From Lama glama (Eukaryota), in contig CM052817.1 in NCBI GenBank assembly GCA_028534125.1, forward strand, positions 104,534,001 to 104,598,000: a stretch of DNA of 64,000 nt, in the 5' to 3' direction. A model generated the notes under the pieces. It saw only the letters and a program-made list of their open reading frames with translations. It made no database searches and was not told the DNA's origin. Both the position numbers and the translations under genes were made by a program. Shown piece after piece: positions 51,115 to 62,262 of the stretch; within the stretch, counting starts at the first letter, position 1; every line of letters starts with the position of its first letter.

Positions 51115-52271
51115 CCTGAATGAAAGGAGAAAACCAGGCACGGGAAGAAGCTACAGGCAGGGTGAAGCCGGGAGTGCCTACATATGTGTGTGCAGGTACA
51201 TGTACTTAATCAACACATGTAGCCATTAAAACTAGATTAAACTGTGAACCAGAATGGGTGACCACAAGATCCCTGAATCTAGGGGCAAGGCATTCTCACA
51301 TGGCTTTCCAGTGCGTTCTGTGTGAAGCTGCACAATGAAGGTCAACCTTGAAATATGTACTCTGGAGATGTTACTCTGTTGAGGAGTCCAGTGAACCCCT
51401 ATTGTTCACACCCTACTTCTTACTCTAACCATTTCCCTGAGAAGCCAACTTACACCCACCCTGCATGCCCCAAGTCTGGCCCCGTGCAAGTCATCTTCCT
51501 GAGTTCTGTTACTGCAAATCCAGTAAGCATTAAATTGGCATCCTGGCTATTTCAGCTGTTACCAAGTGCACTTCTGATTACAAAACCCCCACCTGCTTCT
51601 ACCTCAGTCTTAATTTCAAATTGTCAGTAATCCAAAGAGTGATATATCCTGATTTTTTTTTCATTTTAATTTGGATTTGAAAAGAAAAGATTTTATATGT
51701 TCCCCATTCAGATTTAACCCCTAAATAATACTGATTATGGGCAAGGCACTATGTTCAAATACACTGCAGCAAATGTAAAAATGAGTTTCGACAAAGTGCA
51801 AATACAATGATGATGATCAATATATGGTCATAATTTAATGTGTACATGCACCACAGTGACAAGCAGAGTCAGTCCTACTGCTCTCAACCCCCAGTACAAC
51901 ATCCCTGCATCCCTGCATCCCTGCCACCCAGAAACCACTGCAGATAGTTGGGAGACATCTTTAGAGATATTTCCCTGAGCTTTAACACATATATTGAGGT
52001 GTGTGTGTGTGTCTGTGCAAGTGTTAAGTTTTAACATTAGATATTGATATAATAAGAATACATTGTGTAATTTCTTGGGTAACCACTAAAAGAATAGAAA
52101 CAAAGTATGACTTTGAATAAGATACAAACAAATAGAGAAAGTAGAATGATAAAAATTTCAGATAATTCAAAGCAATGAAATAAAAATGAAAAACAGGACT
52201 GTTGGGGAAATAAAAAACAAAAATGTGGTAGATTTAAATCCATGTAACAATAATTATGGACTAACTGCCCT

Positions 52272-52448
52272 CTATTCATTTATTTATATTTTATTATTTG
52301 TTTTTTATTGTATTATTCAATTTTTTTTTATCTTGGCAGGGGTGGGGAGGTAATTAAGACTTATTTTTAGAGGAGGCACGGGGGGTTGAATCCAGGACCT
52401 TGTGCATGCTAAGCAGACACTCTACCTTTTGAGCTATACCCTCCCCCT
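52272..52448 (-). mobile_element. tRNA-derived SINE (camelid vic-1-like) with TSD
   Basis: Reverse strand GGGGGAGGGTATAGCTCAAAAGGTAGAGTGTCTGCTTAGCATGCACAAGGTCCTGGATTCAACCCC; perfect TSD CTAACTGCCCT at 52261-52271 and 52449-52459. Confidence 0.92.
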
Positions 52449-52836
52449 CTAACTGCCCTTAATTTAAAAATGAATATTTTACACTGTATATTTTAAAATA
52501 TACAACTCCGTTATGTTTATTGAAATATATCTAAAATATAAAGAGATAGAAAAACTAAAAGTCAAAGATGGAAAGAGGTATGCTAATCACATACTAACTG
52601 AAAGAATGATAGCGTAGACACATTGTTATACAAAATAGATGAAGTCAAAAAGTATTATGGTAGTTTGAAGAGTTAACTTTGTAAAGATAAAAAGTTTCCA
52701 TTTTAAATGATATATATATATATATTCACCTAGTAATAGACCTCCAAATATATAGTGGAAAAACTGATACAATTTCAAATAATAGTAGAAAATAAACTGT
52801 CTTAGCTAAAAATAACCTTTTTTTAGTAATTAATAG

Positions 52837-53518
52837 TGTCACTGCTTGTTGCTCAAGAATCCAATACTGAGAGACAAATGTTGGGTAAAAGGAAAGTTAG
52901 CTGTATTGAGGAAGCCTGCAAACCTGAGGAGAAGATGGACTCATGTCCCAACACATCAACTCCCCTTTGCTGATTGGGGGCAAGAATTTTCAAAGAGGAG
53001 TTTCAGGGGTGAATAGGCAGAGGGAGGGGGCTGCATGCAGAACAGCACCGTCAGCTTCGACAGTCATCTTGAAATTGGTCATGTGGTGGTCTGATCAGTG
53101 TCATCTTGATTGTTCTCAGTACAGTGAATCTTCAGTTCCAAGGTCAGCTTGTTCCCATTTCCTTGAGGCTGGTTCTGGGAACTGTGTAAGATGGAGCAGC
53201 TTCTGTCATGGCTCCAGCCTGGTCAGCATGTAGTTAACTTCTTCCACCTGGTGGGGGTTTCATCTCTGCAAAACAGCTCAAGGGATGTAACTCAGAATAT
53301 GATCTATGGCCCTTGAAGGAGAACTAAAGGTTCATGACTTTGTTTAATGGCTAAACTATTATTATTTTGTCTTATTTGTTTTCCCTTACTTCTGCATTTT
53401 CTCTCTGATTAAATTTTATTCTTTGGCTACAGTTTTTCTACAGACAAGAGACAGGCAGAGGGCATGGTGGAGGGAGGGGTCTGTCCCAGGAAGCCCCAGA
53501 ATGTCTTGCTCCATTACA
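52837..53518 (-). mobile_element. ERV1-type solo LTR (682 bp)
   Basis: TG...CA ends, near-TSD atag/acag, cleanly interrupts the host L1; orientation inferred from U5-like sequence at the left end. Confidence 0.8.
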
Positions 53519-55114
53519 ACAGAGCAAGCTGATGAAATATTCAGTGATTGGGAAGACTAGACCACCAATCCGACCTCATGATCTATTTAGGATGCTGCTT
53601 CTGGGGCTTGCAAGCATACATGTGTTTTCAAACATATATGGAATAGTTACTAAAAATGATCCTCTATTGGGCCAGAAAGCAAATTCAAACAAATTTGAAA
53701 GGACTGAAATCCTACAGAATGTGTTCTTTAGCCACCGTACAGTGAAACCAGAAGTCAACAAGAAGAAGATAGCTTGACAATTCCCATAGCTTCAGAAATT
53801 AAGAATTATACTTTCAAGTAAGTCATGAGTTAAAGAAGAAATGATGTGGAAATTAGAAAATATTAGAGGCTGAATGAGAACAAAAATACCATACATCCAA
53901 GTTTGTGAGCTATGATAAACGAGCAGCAGTTCGCTCCCCTAGTGTAAGTATTAGAGCTGAAGTATTTATATTAAAGGAGAAAGGCTGACTGTTAATGAGC
54001 TAATCCACACCAAGAGGCTAGAAGAGAACAAGAGAGATTCAAAACAGAAGGTGGAAGAGAATGAACAGCAGAAATTATTGAAATCAAATATATACATATA
54101 TACATATACACACACACAAATGAGAACAGGAAGGTAGAACTTTGGCTCCTTTTAAAGAACGATAAATTGATACATTCTTGCAGGATCCCTTGAAAAAATT
54201 AGAGAAGACCCAATTAACTAGTATCAGAATTGGCACAGGTGACAGACACCATTTCAGGTTATGCATGCATAAGAGGATATTATGACCAAATAAACTTAAA
54301 TAATATGGAAAAGTCTTAGAAAAAATATAACTGATCAAAACTGACACAGAGGAATAGAAAGCTTGAATATTTCCATCATCATCGTAAAAAGTGCTTACTC
54401 AACTTTGTTTGTTAAAATAACAAACTCAGATTTTTTAGATTTTATAAATACATGTAAATAAGAATAGAACAGTACTCCCTTAATATGATAATGATATGGA
54501 TTGGTACTAGTGACAGTAGGTATCACTGTCTTATTCCTGTCCTCAAAGAGCAAGCTTTTTGTTTAACCACTTTGGGATTATCTGGAAAGTTGAAATGTGC
54601 ACATCTTCTAACCAGCAGTGTTATTCCCAGACCTGTACCCTAGTAACTTCCAACACATACCTCTCAGGATACATATACAAAAACTTCCCTAACAGTATTG
54701 TTTGTAATAACCCAAACCAGAAAAAAAAAAAAACCCTGATTTTTCATTAACAAAACACAGAAAAATTGTGATAAATTCTATAGAGCAAAGAAATTAATGA
54801 ACTACAATTATGGTAAACATAAATAAATTTTAAATCACAATATAAAATAAGTAACAGACCAAAGGATGCATGCAGTATAATTCCATTTATAAAATTCATT
54901 TATAAAGTTCAAAAACAGGCAAAATGAACTACATTTTTTTACAAATACTTTTATAAGTGACCAGTGATACTCCTAACCTGAGTGGCGGTTACCTTGCTGT
55001 TTTTATTTTATAATTCTTCTTGATGAGTCACATTTATGTTTTATGCACCATTATGTTTGTAGGCTAAACGTCACAGCAAGAAGTGTTAAAAAATTTTAAG
55101 CACAAATATACTAC

Positions 55115-55270
55115 TCTATTGTCTTTTTCTATTTTTAGTTGACATCTAGTCAGTTTACAGTGTGTCAATTTCTGGTGTACAGCATGGTGTTTCAGTCATA
55201 CATGAACATACATACATTCCTGTTCCTATTCCTTTCCATTATAGTTTACTACAAGATACTGAACATGGTC
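55115..55270 (-). mobile_element. Young L1 3' UTR fragment
   Basis: tagtcagtttacagtgtgtcaatttctggtgtacagcat is the reverse complement of the L1 terminus seen near 18930. Confidence 0.85.
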
Positions 55271-56554
55271 TGTACTCCACCGTCTCTTGAATCCACTATT
55301 ACTGTTGAGATGTCTCATGTTGGTCTAATGTTTTTCCTTTGTGGGTGGTTTACTCTTTGTGTGGAATCTTTTCATAATGTCTGTTGCCTTTGCTCTTCTG
55401 CAGTTTTACTGCAGTGTTGTCTGGGTATTGGTATCTCCTTACGTGTCTTGGTTGCTCACTCCCCACGGGGGATTTGCATTATCTGGATGTTGATCACCTG
55501 TTCGCCTGATCGTTTAGCACATCTTTTATATTTTCTCTTTATTAATTTCTGCTGCCCCTTGGAGAGTTCCTAATTTGATCTTCTAGTTTACCCTGTGGTC
55601 CTTTGATGTAATCGTCCTGCTAGATAGTCCATCTTGTGCCATCTTCATTTTAACTCTTATTTTTAATCTCATCCCTATATCACTTGTTTTCTAAAATAAT
55701 TCCGTACCCCTTTGCTTTATTACCGTATCCTTCAACTCTTCTGAATATATATTGTGCTCATTTAAAATTACTGGTTCATCTGCAGTAAATCTGCTTAATG
55801 TGGCCTGTGTTGTTCCATTTTATTATCTTTTAAATTTTTTTAAAATATATCTTTGAGGAGTTGTATTTTCCTTGAACTTGTAGCATTGTGTTTTGCTGAT
55901 GGAGTCAGCTCTCTTGTCCTGTAATGTTACTGGGGAAGCGCTGAGAGTCACACCCTCAACTCTGTCCTTCTTGGAACGTTTGAGAACAAGGAGGATCAAA
56001 GCTCAGAGGAGAGACTCCAGGACCACAGAACCCCTGCTGACAGGAGAGCAGGGGACGTGAGCATCCCAGGCACCAGTCACCCTCCGCCAGGTTTCATCTC
56101 TCCTGACTCAGCTGGGCTCCGTGCCCTCTGCTAGCGCCTCACAATGTGGGGAGGCCAGATGCTCCTCATTCCTAAGGTGAAGTAAGAGAGGCCTGAGCTC
56201 AAGTCACACCTTCTCCAGATGCTCCCCCAGCTGCCACAGACGCCCTCCTCCCACCCGTCCCCATCTTCTCAGTTGTAATCTGACTTCTAACCGCCAGTTC
56301 CTTCTGGCCTCTGTCATTTTCCAGGGTTGATTTGGGGGGGCCGGTGCTCCTTTGCCATTTCATCCTACTTATTGTTAGGAGTCCTGATTACATTAATATA
56401 ATTAGCTTTTTTGTCATAGATGATGTAAGTTGGTTAGTAATTTTTCTTTGCTTTTTCTGGGACAATATTTTGCCATGGAAAAAATTTTGAACGTCTTCCC
56501 ATAGGGAGCTAGTTGTTACACAAATGAATTAAAGGTGATCCCGTACGTATAAAG

Positions 56555-57030
56555 CTGTATCTTGTTTATTTCTTCGCCGCAGGCTTGGACCCAGCAGCTT
56601 AAAAGCCTGATTGGTGCCAAACTCACATTTTCACAATCCAGTCTTTTGAAATATAGCTCCAAAGGGCAGATGTTTAGCCATTTAGAGTTTCCCCGCTTTG
56701 CATACCCTGTGAAGCATCACCCTTCATCTGCCAGCCATAGGTGCGGTCAACCCTGGGGCTGTTAAAGACACCAAGCCACTGTGTCTCTTCAGAGTTCTCT
56801 GTTCCAGAGTCTCCCCCATTGCTGATTGATGCCACCTAGACCCCTAGTCCCTCTCCAAACTCTTCTCTGATCCCCTGTCCCCTCTTCAGGACAGTGGCTC
56901 CACCACCATCACCTCTGGAAGGTACCAGCGCTGAGCGACTTTCCCCGCCCCGTGCAGATCTGTCCATGGCTCCAGGGTAAAGCTCATGCTGCGCCAGTGC
57001 CATCTGGTGGCCACATCCTTGAGCTCACTA
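56555..57030 (+). mobile_element. Probable ERV LTR (family unresolved)
   Basis: aaatatagctccaaagggcagatgtttagccatttagag and overall LTR-like organisation; limits approximate. Confidence 0.5.
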
Positions 57031-57459
57031 CACTAGCTGATCTATTATCATTATTTTCGGCTATTTCAAAAAAATTTTTTTTAAATCTGTAGGTACCTAT
57101 GTGGGAAATGTTCTGGACTTGTTAAGTAGAAAAAGTGAGTCATATGACAGGGTGCATAATAAATCCCACCTGGAACAAAATGCAGAAAAAAGACAGCACA
57201 GAAAACATCAGGAAGCATGACAATCAACTGTTAACAGTTTACGAGATCAGGACTGAGCGGGGGAAGCTCGGAAAATAACCTTTCACTCTGTTCTTCTCTA
57301 GTGCTGGAACTTTTTACAGCAATCTATTTTAAAACTTTTCCAATTTTTAAAAAAAGGAAATAGAGAAAAGCTGGATTTGATGATTAAGTTGGTCAAGCTG
57401 ATGCTGTCATTAGAGATGTGTTGATGCAAACAAAAATATAAGGGCCAGTGATCGCTTAT

Positions 57460-58092
57460 GGTGCTAGTGTGCACATGCTATCCCACAGCGCCTTACAATG
57501 TGACTTTATTTGCAAACAGGGTCATTGCAGATGTGGTTCATTAAGACGAGGTCATCACTCAAGGTGGGGCCCTAATCCAGTATGACTAGTGTCCTGATAA
57601 AAAGAAGAAATCTGGACATGGATGTGCATGAGGGAGGACACCATGTGAATATTGGACTCATACTACAATAAGACGGGTGTTACAGTTTGAACTGTGTCCC
57701 TTCCCCCCGACCCCCGCCCAGAAGATGTCTTGGAGTACTGACCCCTACCTCAGAGTGTGACCTTGCTGAGAGATAGTGTTTCCAGAAGCAAATGAAAAGG
57801 ATGTCTTTAAGGTGGGCCCTAGTCAAAAATAACTGGTATCCTTATAGACAGGGGAACTTGAGGCCCTGAGACACGCACAGAGGGAAGGGGCCTCAGGAAG
57901 AAGACGGCCAAGGGGAGAGGCCTGGCCTGGATCCAGCCCTCACCGCCCTCAGGGCAACCCTGCTGTCACCTTGATGGGGCCCTCCAGCCTCCAGAGCTGA
58001 GATAGTCCCTTAGTGCTGTTTTGGACCCCTGCACCGACCTGACCCCCACGCCGCTGTGCATGGTCCTTTGTCCTCGCAGACCTAGCAAACAT
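57460..58092 (+). mobile_element. Two adjacent or nested MLT1 (A/B-like) LTR pieces
   Basis: aatgtgactttatttgcaaacagggtcattgcagatg...ccctaatccagtatgactagtgtcc; tgttacagtttgaactgtgtccc...cctccagcctccagagctgaga. Confidence 0.8.
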
Positions 58093-59195
58093 TCCCCAAG
58101 CAGGTCTGCTGCTTTCTCCCCTCCTTGTTCTCCATCATGGCAGGTAATTCTGCTTGCCAGCATCAAGTTTAATGTCCAAATTTATATACACATACACATA
58201 CATACATATATAATTTCTGGAGTCACAAGTGAATTTCATTCAGTTTATAATCTCCATTACACGCTAAATTAACTGGACAGAAAATTTAAACAGAACATTT
58301 GGCAACTGATCTGAAAGAAAGAACGTAAATAATTGGAACACAAAGAAGTCCCAAAGGAAACCGTCACTCTAACTGCTTCTGGCAATGTGATTTTCCCACT
58401 TGTAATCCGTGTTTATGATTCACAAATGGTCTTCTAATTTCCTGCGACACTTTTGTACCACACATGTAGCAAACAGCAAAGTTCTCAGCCACAGCTATTT
58501 GGACACAGGAATTTTCCATCAGTGTTTCTGAAGTCAGAGTTTCACTCGCCTGGCCCTGGATGCACTGGAGGACTGGCACTGCCTAGGCTCCTCCCGGGAC
58601 AGTCTCAGGACTGCATTCTTTGTGGAGGTAACAGCACAGAGAACATCTTGGTGAAGTCCTGACCCCCGATTCGGCCACCACTGCCAAGTCTCGCCTTCCC
58701 CACGTCCATTTTCTCTCTCCCAACACCATCGGGGCAATTTTCCCCAACACGGCCATGATCAGGACAGTCAGATGATGCAAATCTTTCCACTGCACTTCAT
58801 CCTCAACCCAAAAGCAAAAGAACAAAACAAAACGCAAAAACAGCTCACTTGGCTCTGTTTCAAGCCCTTTTCAAAATCTGACTTCCTGCTTCCCCCCTGC
58901 TGTTCTCAGCGTGAATCTTCCCTTCCCATCAGATCAGAAACTCCCTCTCTCTGCTCTCAGAACTGTGGTCTTGACCTCCTGTCATATTTACACTCACCAA
59001 AATCATACCCATGCTCCAAACCCTGGGTCAAAGCTCACCACTTCAATGACGCCTTCCCTGGTTACTAGCTGAGAGAAGCCTTTGTGTCTCCGCCCTGGTA
59101 TCACACTTGGCACCGAAGGGTATCTGTCATCATGTGCATACCTACCTGTCTTCCTTGCTGGATTTAAATTCTTTGTACCCTTTATGAGAAGAAAA

Positions 59196-59286
59196 GTTAT
59201 TACAAGGTATTGAATATAGTTCCCTGTACACCAGAAACTAACACAACACTGTCAATCAACTATACTTCAATTAAAAAAAAAAAAAA
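59196..59286 (+). mobile_element. Very short 5'-inverted L1 insertion with poly(A)
   Basis: Antisense L1 3' UTR piece (gttattacaaggtattgaatatagttccctgt) fused to sense terminus (acaccagaaactaacacaacactg...A14); TSD AAGAAAA 59189-59195 / 59285-59291. Confidence 0.8.
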
Positions 59287-59679
59287 GAAAATGAGGCAGT
59301 CTTAAAGAAGAAAGGTGGGTATTTGATTTGCTTTAGAGACGTTAAATTCAGATCATTCAAACGCAGAAGGTTTTTGTGTTGAACAGAATAGTACTAAATC
59401 TCTCCAGAAAATTCAACTAACCATTACGAGAGGGTTTTCTTTCATAGTTCTCAGCGATTCAGATTTCTTTAGACTGTACTTTGGAGGACATAGTTCTTTT
59501 TAAATGACACCAGGGTTAGCAATAATTGATGTGGCTAGGAATCCCAAACTCTAACGTCTTCTGGCGTCAGAGTGGTAACGCGAAAATGTGAAAAATGATG
59601 AAGAATGGTGCAATCTGCACTAGTGTTATCTGGGGAGTGTATGCCCCATGTAAGGTAATTAAGGTTCAAAATACTGTTC

Positions 59680-60423
59680 TGACACACAGACAGAGAAAAC
59701 AAACTTAAGGTTACCAAAGGGAGAGGAGGAGGCGGGATAAATTTGAAGTTTGGGATTAACAGATACAAACTACTATATATAAAATAGATAAACAAGATCC
59801 TATGATATAGCACAGTGAACTACATTCAATNNNNNNNNNNNNNNNNNNNNNNNNNNNNNNNNNNNNNNNNNNNNNNNNNNNNNNNNNNNNNNNNNNNNNN
59901 NNNNNNNNNNNNNNNNNNNNNNNNNNNNNNNNNNNNNNNNNNNNNNNNNNNNNNNNNNNNNNNNNNNNNNNNNNNNNNNNNNNNNNNNNNNNNNNNNNNN
60001 NNNNNNNNNNNNNNNNNNNNNNNNNNNNNNNNNNNNNNNNNNNNNNNNNNNNNNNNNNNNNNNNNNNNNNNNNNNNNNNNNNNNNNNNNNNNNNNNNNNN
60101 NNNNNNNNNNNNNNNNNNNNNNNNNNNNNNNNNNNNNNNNNNNNNNNNNNNNNNNNNNNNNNNNNNNNNNNNNNNNNNNNNNNNNNNNNNNNNNNNNNNN
60201 NNNNNNNNNNNNNNNNNNNNNNNNNNNNNNNNNNNNNNNNNNNNNNNNNNNNNNNNNNNNNNNNNNNNNNNNNNNNNNNNNNNNNNNNNNNNNNNNNNNN
60301 NNNNNNNNNNNNNNNNNNNNNNNNNNNNNNTGAAAAATTGTGCTGAACACTGGAATTTGACACAACACTGTAAAATGATTATGAATCAATAAAAAATCTA
60401 AAGAACCAAAAAAAAAAAAAAAG
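59680..60423 (+). mobile_element. L1 3' UTR spanning the assembly gap
   Basis: acagacagagaaaacaaacttaaggttaccaaaggg...aactacattcaat [N500] tgaaaaattgtgctgaacactggaatttgacacaacactgtaaa...poly(A). Confidence 0.85.
59831..60330. other. Assembly gap (500 N)
   Basis: Directly visible. Confidence 1.
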
Positions 60424-61210
60424 AGTTCTGCCTATGTTCTCTTTTAGGAGTTCTATGGTTTCATGTCTTACATCTAGGTCTTTAATCTATTTTGAGTTTA
60501 TTTTTGTACATGGTGTTAGAGAATGTTCTAATTGCAGTCTTTTACATGTAGCTGTCCTGTCTTCCCAGCACTACTTATTGAAGAGACTGTCTTTTCTCCA
60601 TTGTATATTCCTGCCTCCTTTGTTGTAAATTAATTGATCATAAGGGCATGGGTTTACTTCTAGGCTCTCTATTGTGTTCCATTGATCTATGTATCTGTTT
60701 TATGCCAGTACCATCCTGTTTTGATTACTGTAGTTTTGTAGTATAATCTAAAGTCAGGGTACATGAGACTGTTGGCTTGTTTTTCCCCCCCAAGATTGCC
60801 TTAGCAATTTAGGATCTTTTGTGGCTCCTTATAAATTTTAGGATTATTTTTTCTAGTTCTATGAAAAATGTCATGGTTATTTTGATAGAGATTGCATTAA
60901 GTCTGCACTTTGCTTTGAGTACTGTGGCCATTTTAACATCATTAATTCTTCCATCTGTGGGATATAAGATTAATATACAAAAGTCTGCTGTTTTCCTATA
61001 TAGTAATAATGAACTATCAGAAAGAGAAATTAAGGAAACAATCTCATTTATAAGTGTATCAAAAAGAATAAAATACCCAGGAATAAACTTTACTATAAAG
61101 GTGAAAGACTTGTACTCTGAAAACTATAAAACATTGAGGAAGGGATTTGAAAATAACACAAAGAAATGGAAAGATATCGCATGTTCTTGGATTGGAAGAA
61201 TTAATATTGC
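60424..61210. mobile_element. L1 ORF2 with inversion: minus strand 60424-60952, plus strand 60956-61210
   Basis: Plus piece encodes GYKINIQKS...KRIKYPGI...CSWIGRINI; the minus piece begins at the same L1 position (tggaagaattaat). Confidence 0.85.
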
Positions 61211-61800
61211 TGCCAACCTGTTTTCCAAAATGTTTGTACCATTTTACATTCCCCCCAGTAGAGTATGAGAGCTCTAGTTCCTCCACATTCTCACCAACAT
61301 TTGTTATTGTCAGTGTTTTTAAGTTCAACCATTTTAACAAGTCTTCAGTGGTAACTCACTAAAATTTTAATATTCCTTTTGCTAGTTTATTTCCCTAAAT
61401 TATGTTTAACATTTTTATGTGCTTATTTACCCTCTGTATGTCTTATTTGGTGAAAATGTCTGTCCAAATCTTCAGTCCAGTTTTAAATCAGGTTCTTTAT
61501 TTTCTTATTATTGGGTTTCCAACTTGTTTCTGAACTCTAGATACATAAACTCAGATATACGCTTTGCAAATGATTATTTTCCAGTATAATGCTAGTTGTT
61601 TTATTTTCTTAACAGTGACTTTTGAAAAGCAGAAGTTTTCAAATATAATAAAGCTGTATTTATTAATTTGTTCTTTTATGGATTGAACTTTTGGTTTTGT
61701 ATCTAAGAAATATTTGTCTTCCTCATGATCGAGAGATCTTCTTAAAGTTTTAGAGCTTTAGATGTAAGCTTAAGTCTTTGATACATTTTTAGTTATAAAT
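61211..61800 (-). mobile_element. Older L1 ORF2 3' fragment
   Basis: ttttccaaaatgtttgtaccattttacattcccccagtagagtatgagag...ttttggttttgtatctaagaaat. Confidence 0.8.
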
Positions 61801-61872
61801 ATGACATTTTAATGTTTAAAATTCAACAACCATCCAAAGACTTTGCTATTCTGAACAGATACTGAAGCTGTC

Positions 61873-62262
61873 TGTCTTAGGTCAGGTTTCCCAGAAAACA
61901 GATGATGATTTGTTTGTAGATTTATTGGGACGTGCTCTCAGAAATAATAACTATGATGAATGATCACAGAGGGTGGGGCCAAGGATAAAGAAATTGAATG
62001 GCAATGCAGTCCCTATAAATGTTTCAATAAATCCCATAGACAGTGATGATCTTTAGATTTTGTCTAAAGGCAAAGAGGCAAGGGAGTGGGGACTTTGACC
62101 CCACTTCCCCCAACACGGAATAAGGGCTGTTCTTTGGAGAGGGTGTCAACTGGGTAAGGCAAGGACAAGTCCTGACTCAGCAGTCAACAGCCCTGTGGTT
62201 GGGGAATGAGTGTCTTGGACCTGAAGAGGGGGCAGCTGGGGGGAGGTGTATCACACCTACTA
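61873..62262 (-). mobile_element. ERVL LTR (LTR16/LTR33-like)
   Basis: tgtcttaggtcaggtttcccagaaaacaga...tttattgggacgtgctctcag resembles recalled ERVL LTR ends. Confidence 0.55.

Larger units (their letters stand above)
52040..55100 (+). mobile_element. Old decayed L1 (ORF2 5' part and 3' region) hosting a SINE and an LTR
   Basis: EN-domain remnants (aaaagtcaaagatggaaagaggtatgc, gtgttctttagccaccgtacagtgaaaccagaagtcaac) and L1ME-like 3' motifs. Confidence 0.7.

Noticed and set aside
59800..60389. ORFs of 172-187 aa
   Set aside because: Artefacts of translating the N gap
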